Below, piece after piece: positions 38,801-50,800 of a stretch of 64,000 nt of DNA (the stretch's first letter is position 1; each line of letters begins with the position of its first letter). Origin of the DNA: Pecten maximus (taxonomy: Eukaryota); NCBI RefSeq assembly GCF_902652985.1, contig NC_047032.1, positions 13,392,001 through 13,456,000 on the forward strand. Direction: 5' to 3'. The notes beneath the pieces are model-generated. The model was not told the origin of the DNA, searched no databases, and saw nothing but the letters and a program-made list of their open reading frames with translations. The position numbers were made by a program, and so were the translations under genes.

Positions 38801-41800
38801 ATACATTGTATTTAACAATTAAACGCTTGTTAGATTGTGTTCTTTTTATCTGTTATTGTTATTGCATTTAAATGGGCAATAAAACAATCTAACAAGCATT
38901 CAATTGTTATATTTGCATTAGTTTTAACCTCTGTCTTTCTTTTACAAATTTCTCATGGCAATGATCAACATAGCACTAAAATTATGTCGTAACCCAATTG
39001 TTCATAAACAGAATCCTCTCTGTATTTGATTTATCTGTTTGGCATTGCGAAGCATTTCCATGTCATTGATCAAAATGGCGTAACAGTCATGTGATGTGAC
39101 CTAAACTACATCTATGTGCTCATGGTGATGGGAGACTGCATGCAATGCAAAATCAGTGTTCCAGCTAGGTCGGGTTAACAGGGTGCAGCGCCCTGCCTTA
39201 ATCTGTAAATTAAAAATGCGCCCTGCCCTATTTCCACGCGCCCCGTAATATGCCTTGACGATTTTTCATCGTCTTTCATCCCCGTAACTTCAGCTTCAGT
39301 TTCAATGTATGCAACATGTAATATGCCCTAAAAATCTGAAACCGCGTACAAAAGTGCCCTTTTTTGGGTCAGTGACCTGCCCTTTTGAAATCCTAGCTGG
39401 AACACTGAAAATTTAATTATTGATACTTGCCTAGTAAACTGAATATGAGCAGGTCTTAAAGACTGGTGGCAAACTGTTTGCTTTTATATTAATTAAGTCT
39501 CAAATAGTATTTGTGACCTTAGCAGAGGCAGTGATTTAAATTTAAATCCCTGCCTCCGCTAGGGATCAAACCTGGGACCTCTGGCTTACTAGTCTTACGC
39601 TCAACCAATCGAGCTAAAGAGATCTTTCTAGCGGAGCGGTATATCAATATTGCGGCTAGTATTTACCAGGTTACATATTCAATAGAGGTTTCCATGGATT
39701 TGTAATGGCTTATAAGTTTACACTACGTCTACTTTGCACTTCATGAAGCAATTCAATCTGACACTGGGCCTTTTCTTCTTTGTTTATCATTCTTTGCTAC
39801 AAATACTTCTGGTTGTTGTAAACTGTCTGATGGTTCTAGGATGAGTATATATATTTCACTGTATACACATCTGAGCAGAAAATGTTCCAGTTTTCATTCT
39901 TTTTATTTCTATGGGCCAAAGACTAATAATCAAACATTTAATGGAGTGGGGAATAATTTGATAGCTTATGACTGGTTTATGTTCATGTATTCAAGTAAAT
40001 ACATAAATGTACATGTAATTAATCATCTGCTGGTGACAAAGTTTGGGAGAGATATAATTATAACTGTCCGTTTGTATGTGTGTTGCGAGTTCGAAACCTA
40101 CGTGGGGCAGTTGTCAGGTACTGACCGTAGGCCGGTGGTTTTTCTCCGGGTACTCCGGCTTTCCTCCACCTCCAAAACCTGGCACGTCCTTAAATGACCC
40201 TGGCTGTTAATAGGACGTTAAACAAAAACAAACCAAAAAGTATGTGTGTACATACGTTTGAAGGATCAGCTTTCGTCGGCACTCCTGTGACTTGATTTCT
40301 AAATGGATTTTAATCAAACTTTCAAACTTTGGAATAGTCAGGTGTGAGAATACCTCAAATGACTTGGTGTTTCAGGGTGCCAAGGTCAAGGACAAGATAG
40401 TTGTTACTATTTATAGAAAAAAATGTTGTCATCCCTCAACCAACTTCATTTTTGAATAGATTTTTTATCAAGCTACATTGTCTGGGTCATGTCTATAATC
40501 TATGAGAATACCTGAAAGGTGTTGTCCTCAGGACATACTGCAGGATATCATAGTGCGTGTACTTGGCATGCTAGGAGATTTGTATTCCATGGGATGCCTT
40601 TTCATACTTATCAATACATGATTCAATAGTATCAAATAGAAAGAACAGAACTACTCCAATTGCTCAAAACACAGTGATATCAGAATTTGTCTATCAGTGA
40701 TGACATAAATATTTTGTCAGATTTATAATTTCGGAATATTCACTGGACAAGAAGGTTAAAGTGTAAATGAATTCAGTGAGTATTGTCAGAGAATTTGACA
40801 CATTCAGTGGTATCCATTAAATTGATTAATATGATTTACAGGGTGACTGCAGCCTCCACAAGTTCTTCGTCAGCTTTAATCTGATTCTGTGTCTGGCAGG
40901 TATCTGTACTAGCCATCTTACCCATGGTCCAGGAATGTAAGTACATGTACAGCACTTAAATAAATATTGTGTGAACGTAGCCGCTGGAGTATCGAGGATG
41001 ATTCCCGGGGTACAGAGAGTGAAAGTGAAAGTTTTTTTGTTTTTTTTTTTTGATTGAGAAATTTTTAATGGAAAATTTGATTTGTAGGTTTGGAACTTGT
41101 AAGAATTCTGCTTTTAAAGTCTGCATAAATTAATAATAATGAAAAGCGAGGTACAGAGATTGAAAGTGAATGTAGCCATTGGAGTATTGAGGATAATCTC
41201 TGGATACAAAGAGGGAAAGTAAATTATAGCCCCTGGAGTGTCGAGGATGAGGTGCGGAGAGTGAAAGTGAACATAGCCCTGTAGCATTGGGGATGATCCA
41301 AAGGGGTGCAGAGAGTGGAAATAAAATTATAGCCCCTAGAGTATTGAGGATGATTACTGGGGTACAGAGAATGAAGGTGAACTTAACCCCTGGAGTATCA
41401 GGGATGATTACTGTGATACAGAGAAGGAAGGTGAACTTAACCCCTGGAGTATCAGGGATGATTACTGTGATACAGAGAACAAAGGTGAACTTAACCCCTG
41501 GAGTATCAGGGATGATTACTGTGATACAGAGAACAAAGGTGAACTTAACCCCTGGAGTATCGGGGATGATTACTGTGATACAGAGAGGGAAGGTGAACTT
41601 AACCCCTGGAGTATCCGGGATGTTTACTGGGGTACAGGGAACGAAGGTGAACTTTACCCCTGGAGTATCAGGGATGATTACTGTGATACAGAGAATGAAG
41701 GTGAACTTAACCCCTGGAGTATCCGGGATGATTACTGTGATACAGAGAAGGAAGGTGAACTTAACCCCTGGAGTATCCGGGATGATTACTGTGATACAGA

Positions 41801-44800
41801 GAAGGAAGGTGAACTTAACCCCTGGAGTATCCGGGATGTTTACTGGGGTACAGGGAACGAAGGTAAACTTAACCCCTGGAGTATCAGGGATGATTACTGG
41901 GGTACAGAGAAGGAAGGTGAACTTAACCCCTGGAGTATCAGGGATGATTACTGTGATACAGAGAACAAAGGTGAACTTAACCCCTGGAGTATCAGGGATG
42001 ATTACTGTGATACAGAGAAGGAAGGTGAACTTAACCCCTGGAGTATCAGGGATGATTACTGTGATACAGAGAAGGAAGGTGAACTTAACCCCTGGAGTGT
42101 CAGGGATGATTACTGTGATACAGAGAAGGAAGGTGAACTTAACCCCTGGAGTGTCAGGGATGATTACTGTGATACAGAGAAGGAAGGTGAACTTAACCCC
42201 TGGAGTATCAGGGATGATTACTGTGATACAGAGAAGGAAGGTGAACTTAACCCCTGGAGTATCCGGGATGATTACTGTGATACAGAGAACAAAGGTGAAC
42301 TTAACCCCTGGAGTGTCAGGGATGATTACTGGGGTACAGAGAAGGAAGGTGAACTTAACCCCTGGAGTGTCAGGGATGATTACTGTGATACAGAGAAGGA
42401 AGGTGAACTTATATTAACCCCTGGAGTATCAGGGATGATTACTGTGATACAGAGAAGGAAGGTGAACTTAACCCCTGGAGTGTCAGGGATGATTACTGTG
42501 ATACAGAGAAGGAAGGTGAACTTAACCCCTGGAGTATCCGGGATGATTACTGTGATACAGAGAAGGAAGGTGAACTTTACCCCTGGAGTATCAGGGATGA
42601 TTACTGTGATACAGAGAAGGAAGTTGAACTTAACCCCTGGAGTATCAGGGATGATTACTGTGATACAGAGAATGAAGGTGAACTTAACCCCTGGAGTGTC
42701 AGGGATGATTACTGTGATACAGAGAAGGAAGGTGAACTTAACCCCTGGAGTATCCGGGATGATTACTGGGGTACAGAGAGTGCAAGTGAAATTACCCTGG
42801 AGTATCGAGGGTGATTACTTGGAAACAGAGAGCGAAAGTGAATGTAACCCCTGGAGTATAGATTGAAATAGAAACCATACAATATACTGTGTATACTTGA
42901 TTAATGCCAAATTAAATTGAGAGAAAGCACTAAAAGCTTAGAAATGATATGACAACAAAAGAGTAAAACGTGTATCATTTATATTATTTAACTGTATATT
43001 TCTGTTTTACAGTAAACCCAAGGTCTGGCCTGTTGCAGTCCGCAGTCATCACCCTGTATGTCCAGTACTTAACCTGGTCAGCCATGTCCAACAACCCAGG
43101 TACAATAATTTTCAAATATATCTTACACTGTACTTTCATTTGTTGATACCTCTTTGAAATAAGAAAGATTATTATTTCTTATTTTCGTATTTTCTTATTT
43201 TGAAATAAGAAAGATTTATATGATAACACTTCTTTGAAATAAGAAAGATTCATGATGATAACAATGTCTTTTAAGGAGTTTTGTATTTGACAAACTAAAT
43301 AATGTTATTATCATTACTATAGATACCTCTTGTAATCCGAGTCTGCCCGAGATATTTAGTGGCAACAGCACAGCTCCTTCCTCATCCAGTACGAGTGGCT
43401 CAATGGTGTTTGGACAATTTGACTACCAGAGTCTATTGGCCCTCCTTCTCTGGCTGTTTGCTGTCCTCTACTCTAGGTAAGTATCCCAGGTACTAGAGCA
43501 GGGACATCTGACCTCCAGGTAATCAGGCTTACCCAGTAAAGTAATCGGACTTATATACCCAGTAAAGTAATCAGACTTACCCAGTAAAGTAATCAGGCTT
43601 ACCCAGTAATGTGATAAGACTTACCCAGTAAAGTAATCAGACTTACCCAGTAAAGTTATCGGACTTACCCAGTAAAGTAATCAGACTTACCCAGTAAAGT
43701 AATCAGGCTTACCCAGTAACGTGATAAGACTTACCCAGTAAAGTAATCGAACTTACCCAGTAAAGTAATCGGACTTACCCAGTAAAGTAATCGGACTTAC
43801 CCAGTAAAGTTATCGGACTTACCCAGTAAAGTTATCGGACTTACCCAGTAAAGTTATCGGACTTACCCAGTAAAGTAATCATACTTACCCAGTAAAGAAA
43901 TCAAATTTCACCTGAAATACCGTACTTAGAGGTAATAATTAGTCTTTTACACCTGAAAAGGGTCTGGTTGCTTAACTTAAGTTAATAAATGATAAATTAT
44001 AGCAAAAATTAATGATAGCTATACTTTCAAAATTATGGTACTTTTGAATTTTATCCTGTCAGATTATCTTTAATATAGAGGATACTGAATGGTTTTCTGT
44101 CGAATATAACATTACTCCATATCAGCTTAACCGCTCCATTTTACAAGAACTGTTCAAGGAAATTGAAACGTTTTCTGTTGTTATCAGAGAATCTGTGCTT
44201 AAAAAGCTAACATCAAGTGAGTATTTTGTCAAAAAACTAGTCAAATATTTCAGAAATACAGTAAAATAACCCATTTATCTATCTTTGCTTTGATTGGAAA
44301 ATTGTCAGCAAGAGATGAATACAAAGGTTGGCTCTGATTGGTCAAAAAACAAAAAACTGAAATTTTCACTGCAAAATCTTATATTTTCACTGCTCATTGC
44401 TACAGTGAAAATGTAAGTTTTATTAGTTTGATATATTTCTATATTTCACTGGCAAAAATACAATGAAGGGTTATTCCAAAATTATCCATGTGGTGGGGTA
44501 ACATGGCAAGCATTTTTCCAGAGTCCAACTACCCATCAAGATATTAAAATATATTTAGTGTATAAGGAAAACTAGAAAATGGGGAACTTTTACTCCCACT
44601 ACCCATAAGATATTAATCATATTTGGTATATTGAAAATCTAGGACAATTGACCATTAAAGAGCCTCCTACCCTCATAGATGATTGTAGAATAACCCTAAA
44701 TAAATCCTTTTTATCCATGATGTAAATTGTGTGTTGAATATCTGCCTAAGTTGTTGTATTTTAACAGAGTTTTGTTTAATATTTTAGCATCAGGACCTCA

Positions 44801-47800
44801 ACCAACAGCCAAGTAGGCAAACTGACCATGTCGGAGAAAACCATTCTGCAATCAGATACAGGTATGTATTTAGTACTAATGCTCGAGTGCCGACTCTCAG
44901 CCATAGTAATTAAAAGTTATTATTGTGTAGTGATTAGGTCGTAGAATTTTAAGTTTCTTTTTTAAATTCATTTGAAATGTTTTGTGCAAGCTTAATATGG
45001 TGAATGTGCTTTGATAAAAATAATTCAATAATATATATTTTTGTATTCTGTTTCTGAAGTAAGGACGTCATAGTGACACAACTTTGTTATCTTTGTTATA
45101 TTGTACATACTTTGCTTCTATTGATTTACTAAGGAATATCATAATATGATAATCTCTGGACCAGTCACATAGGGTGTGCACTTGTAAATTTGCACGCTGT
45201 AATGAAAGACATGACATGCACATAGCTATGAATTTCTTTTGCCAGAGAACATAGGATCGCCTTGGCATTATTGAATTGTTTTATTATATATGATAATACT
45301 AAATTTTACTTGTGAAATAGAATGTCTTCTTCTCATACATGTACGAGCTTCCAAACCTTAACATGCAGATCATTTTGAAATATGATTAATTCTTAAAATT
45401 CAGAAATATTTGAAAATCATAGATTAATGCAGCATGCTTGTATGCTTCATTTTAATGAGTTATCAGAGATGATTGAAAACTCAGAAACCAAAAAGATTAT
45501 AATTATTGCTTAATCTTTAATCTTCATGCTGAAACTTATTAAATTTAACAATTTTACAGATAATGATGAATGGTAGATTCAGATTTACTTTAAAGATACT
45601 TTAACTTATAATTATTGCTTTTAGATAAAGATTTAGTGGAACACAAAAATTATTTCGAATTCTTTTTAATCTTGATGATATTATGTTTTATACAATTGCA
45701 TTCAATTGTCAAATTGAGTTCCCTTTCCTGGATAAATATGCATATAGCATTCGAGCATTAAATTGCACTGATTGTTGTTTTTTTTTATTATTATTTATTT
45801 ATTACGTCCATGTCCATCAGAAGTCAATTAAGAGGGTTAGTGTAGATTCAGTAGTAACACTTTTATAACAGTATAGTTGATCAAAATTATGTCCCTTTAT
45901 CCACTCTTCAGGCGAAAGTCTTCTGTGTAAGTGACTTCAGATATAACTTTTATGTGGTTGGAACAGTTGTTTTGATTTGTAGTTGGAATGGTCTTGCCAG
46001 TTTTGAAGCATTTTGACTTGCGTGTGGTTGGAACAGTTGATTTTTTTATTTTTACATTATAATTGTTAATGATGGAATGTTTGTGTAATATACATATCTA
46101 TATAGAACTCTTCTGTTTTTTGTTGCATGAATATAATTTAATGAGAGCAATTCTAATCTAACAGTTCCAGCCACAGAAAAGAAAGCAAGCTTATTTCTTT
46201 GAAACTCACTCCCTCTTGATTTGTTTGGTTGATATGAAATGCTACATGTACATCGAAACAGCTTATGTTTATACAGAATCATTTTAAAGATATTATACAC
46301 AAATATCGGTTTTTGTCCCACATCATGCACTGTTATAAGCACTAAATTATGGGTGTATTATAATGTACCAAAAAGATTTGCATAAAGGATCTTAGATGAG
46401 TTTCCATTCCATATGAGATTTATTAACCAAATTATGCAAAAGAATTTTTCATTTTAATTTGTTGAGTCTTGGCCAAGATAAAATTAAAAAATTTGAACAA
46501 GCTTAAAAAAATTCTCGTTTGAATTGTCAACACATTTCAAATAATTTAATAAGAATTTTTGCAAATATTGTAAAAAAAAAATTAAAGGTAAATTATTTGT
46601 GACACTTTTTCAGTTAAAAATTAAATGTAAAACATTAGATCTGTTATCTGTTATAATTTCTTAATATTATTTGAAAGTCTGTGTTATGGTTTAACATAAT
46701 GGATGAAGTCATGTTTTAGTAAGTCATATGAAAAAGAGGATTGAGGATACAGTGATATTGTAATTACAGTACATACATACATCTTTGCACTATTAGATAA
46801 TAGCATCTATACATATATGGGGTAACTTGCTATATATTAATACAGCGTACATGGTTAAGCTAATAATGTTATTAATTCAACACTTTCCCATACTAATTTG
46901 AACTTTTTGTAGGTAAAGATATTTCAGTAAGATATATTCTTTTATATGTGAACCAGACTGTTATGAAAATGTTTGACCCCATACAAAAATTGACAAAAAA
47001 CCATTTGATAGATAATTATGTATATACAATAAAACTAATGGTAGGGGGCCGCGATAGCTCAGTGGGTAAAAGAGCACTGGCCATGTAATCTTAGGTGAAG
47101 TTCTGAGGTAACTAGTTCATTGCATCGAGCTCCTTACCCATGCTAATATGTCAGTTTGTGTTTCTTGAGAACCTGAAAAATATGTTGATCTGTGCCGTCG
47201 TGTTTGTGTCCTAGGGCATGACACTTTACCCCTAATTGCTCTGGATGGCATGTGACGTGCATCCTGTATGTTGTACAATAAGGTAGTCACCAATACCACA
47301 AAGAGACCAAGACTCTGATAAAAGTGATCCTGGCTGTTCACGTGGCGATAAACCTAGCACACAAACAAACCTATGATAAACGTAAACAAAAATATTTTAA
47401 AATATAGTAGACATAACGTTAACATTGAACAGTACTAGTATTAAAAAGCATTTTGTAAACCAGCATAGACTTCAGAATTTATAACTGTTACTTCTATACA
47501 TTTAGTGGCATATATACTTCATTAAAAAAAAGTCCAATCTAGACGATTGACGATAATAAATGAATGTAGCATCTGATCTGCCTTACGCTTCCTCAGAACT
47601 CATCATAGCATCGCTACTGCATGCTTTAAGTTGGTCCAGTTAAAAGTTTCCTCTCTTGCTTTGTTTATTATAATGAGATGCTTTGATTTCAGCCTTTGCA
47701 CTCCATGTTGTTTTAGATCGTGAAGACCCAAATATATCAACTATCACAACAGATATATGGCAGCTGTAGATTAAAATCAATTTAACATATTTCCATTCCT

Positions 47801-50800
47801 GAATAAATTTTATCCACATTATCTGTAACCAAATAAGATAACCAAGATCAAGGATGTGGTACGTGGGTCACAACCAACTGGAACGGTGGCCATGGGTTTG
47901 GAGTTTTATTGAGTAGGATAATGTTGATTGGAGTTTCGCCTGTTAAGGGTCCATTGGAACCAATATAATTGACCAGTTCAATTAGTTTACCCAATTTTAC
48001 CTGAAAACTTTATTTGTGTTCAGAAATGTTATTAACAAATCGAAATCAATAAGCAAAAGAGGTCAATTCAGGGAAGAAAGTTTTTTACTGTAAATTTTAG
48101 TGTTAAACATATGCATATAGTACATGTATGATTTGAATGTTGTTTTTTGAATGGCTGTTGCATTGTTTTTTTGTTATTATTTACAGCTGATTATCAAGGT
48201 GTGTATGGTGTTGCTGTGATCGTCAAAATGATGCAGTTCAATTCATATTTTGGTTCTTCTCTATCTAACTCTATTTGTAATGAGAGTTTCTGATAATATC
48301 TTTTTTTTTGTACAATCCTTTGTACAGTAAGTTGCTAAAATCTTGTGTGTCTTTGTTCTGTAGAAATTGTAATCAAGATTTTCTCATGTCTGCTAGCCAT
48401 GGTATTAGAATTACCGTATTTACTTATTTGATCCTCAAAAGTGCTAATTACTCGTCTTAGAATTGACACTTTAATTTAGAACTTTGTTTATCCTAACATG
48501 ATAAGGGAACCAATATTTACTGGTCAAAGATCAGAAAAGCTAATTTAACTCTGACCTACATTTTGACCTTTGACCTACACCAAAGAAAACATCTATCCCT
48601 TCTTTGTGTATAATTTCACATTCAATCAACGACTGTAAATTGCAGAAAAATATCTTGTTTGCTACTAAAGACATACTATCATGTGAGACTTCAAAACAGT
48701 CACTGCAGTTGTATCATATAGCGTTTATTAGTTATGGGCATAAAATATGGCAGAATAGCTCAGATGTTTGTTAAATTAAGATGCTTATCTAACTCTGACA
48801 AAAACTTTAATTTTCTCCCTTTTCTAATTTCCTTATCCCTTAATACTGTCACCTTATACATATTCCAAGTCACTTTGTATCTACATGTATGTGTTTCACT
48901 ATGTGTATTCTGTTTTGGTTTTCTAACATCACTGTGCTAACAAATACCTGAATATTATCAATTGATAATCTTATTCATTATAGATAAAAAAAAATGGACT
49001 TTTGGATTTCGCAAAAAACTTGACTTATCATCTTGACTTATGGACTAGATTAATTTTATGAACAATAGATTGTTTCATCAAATTGAATGTAAAATATACT
49101 TACACGCCTACTTTGAAAAAAATATTTGTTGTACTCACCTATTATGAAGAATATGTATACATGTTTTTGAAGTTTTCTAATTGACCCAAACATCTTCTGC
49201 AGATTAATATTAAACTAATTGAAAAAAAAATAAAGAATTTGTATCAAGGTTTTTGGAATGAAATCTGAAAAACATTTTTGAGTTAAATCTGACACACAAG
49301 CATATTTTTTAGGCCATCTGATTTTATGAAAGCTGTTATTTTGATTTTTAGGTCATCTGACCCGAAGGGTCAGGATGACCTATAGTCATCATGCTTCGTC
49401 CGTCGTCGTGCGCCGTGCGCCGTCCGCCGTGCGCCGTGCGTAAACTTTTCACATTTCAATCTTCTTCTCAAGTTCCACCAGTGGGATTAAGCTGAAACTT
49501 GCCTGAAATGATCCTGAGATGGTCCTGACCAAGTGTTGTTATTTTTCGGGTCAGTCTGAAATCCAAGATGGCCGCCATAGCCACCATTTTGAAAACACAT
49601 TTTAAACTTCTTCTCAAGTTCCACCAGTGCTGCTGGGCTGAAACTTGCCAGAAATGATCCTGAGATGATCCCGACCAAGTGTTGTTATTTTTTGGGTCGG
49701 TCCGAAATCCAAGATGGCCGCCATAGCCGCCATCTTGAAAAACACATTTTAAACTTCTTCTCAAGTTCCACCAGTGCTATTGAGCTGAAACTTGCCTGAA
49801 ATGATCCTGATATGATTGCGACCAAGTGTTGTTATTTTTCGGGTCGGTCCGAAATCCAAGATGGCCGCCATAGCCGCCATCTTGAAAAACACATTTTAAA
49901 CTTCTTCTCAAGTTCCACCAGTGCTGTTGGGCTGAAACTTGCCAGAAATGATCCTGAGATGATCCCGACCAAGTGTTGTTATTTTTCGGGTCGTTCCAAA
50001 TTCCAAGATGGCCGCCATAACCGCCATCTTGAAAAACACATTTTAAACTTCTTCTCAAGTTCCACCAGTGCTATTGAGCTGAAACTTGCCTGAAATGATC
50101 CTGATATGATTGCGACCAAGTGTTGTTATTTTTCGGGTCGGTCCGAAATCCAAGATGGCCGCCATTGCCGCCATCTTGAAAAACACATTTTAAACTTCTT
50201 CTCAAGTTCCACCAGTGCTGTTGGGCTGAAACTTGCCAGAAATGATCCTGAGATGATCCTGACCAAGTGTTGTTATTTTTCGGGTCGGTCCGAAATCCAA
50301 GATGGCCGCCATAGCCGCCATCTTGAAAAATATATTTTAAACTTCTTCTCAAGTTCCAACAGTGCTATTGAGCTGAAACTTGCCTGAAATGATCCTGATA
50401 TGATTGCGACCAAGTGTTGTTATTTTTCGGGTCGGTCCGAAATCCAAGATGGCCGCCATAGCCGCCATCTTGAAAAACACATTTTAAACATCTTCTCAAG
50501 TTCCACCAGTGCTGTTGGGCTTGAAACTTGCCAGAAATGATCCTGAGATGATCCTGACCAAGTGTTGTTATTTTTCGGGTCGGTCCAAAATCCAAGATGG
50601 CCGCCATTGCCGCCATCTTGAAAAACACATTTTAAACTTCTTCTCAAGTTCCACCAGTGCTGTTGGGCTGAAACTTGCCTGAAATGTTCCTGAGATGATC
50701 CTGACCAAGTATTGTTATTTTTTAGATTGGTCTGAAATCCAAGATGGCCACCATATCCGCAATCTTAAAAAAGACATTTTAAACTTATTCTCCAGTTCCA

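Noticed and set aside
39551-39623. Functional tRNA-Thr gene
   Set aside because: Anticodon stem unpaired, acceptor stem imperfect, T-loop TTTGATC; treated as a tRNA-derived part of a repeat.
41287-42866. 376-aa and 143-aa repetitive ORFs ([18 protein letters not shown])n
   Set aside because: Open frame is a by-product of a stop-free 54-bp intronic minisatellite; TTG start, broken by a 4-bp insertion, no convincing splice sites.
45560-46926. 13-nt (45560-45572) and 14-nt (46913-46926) microexon candidates
   Set aside because: Neither preserves frame alone and together they create a stop; only possible as poison exons, with no support.
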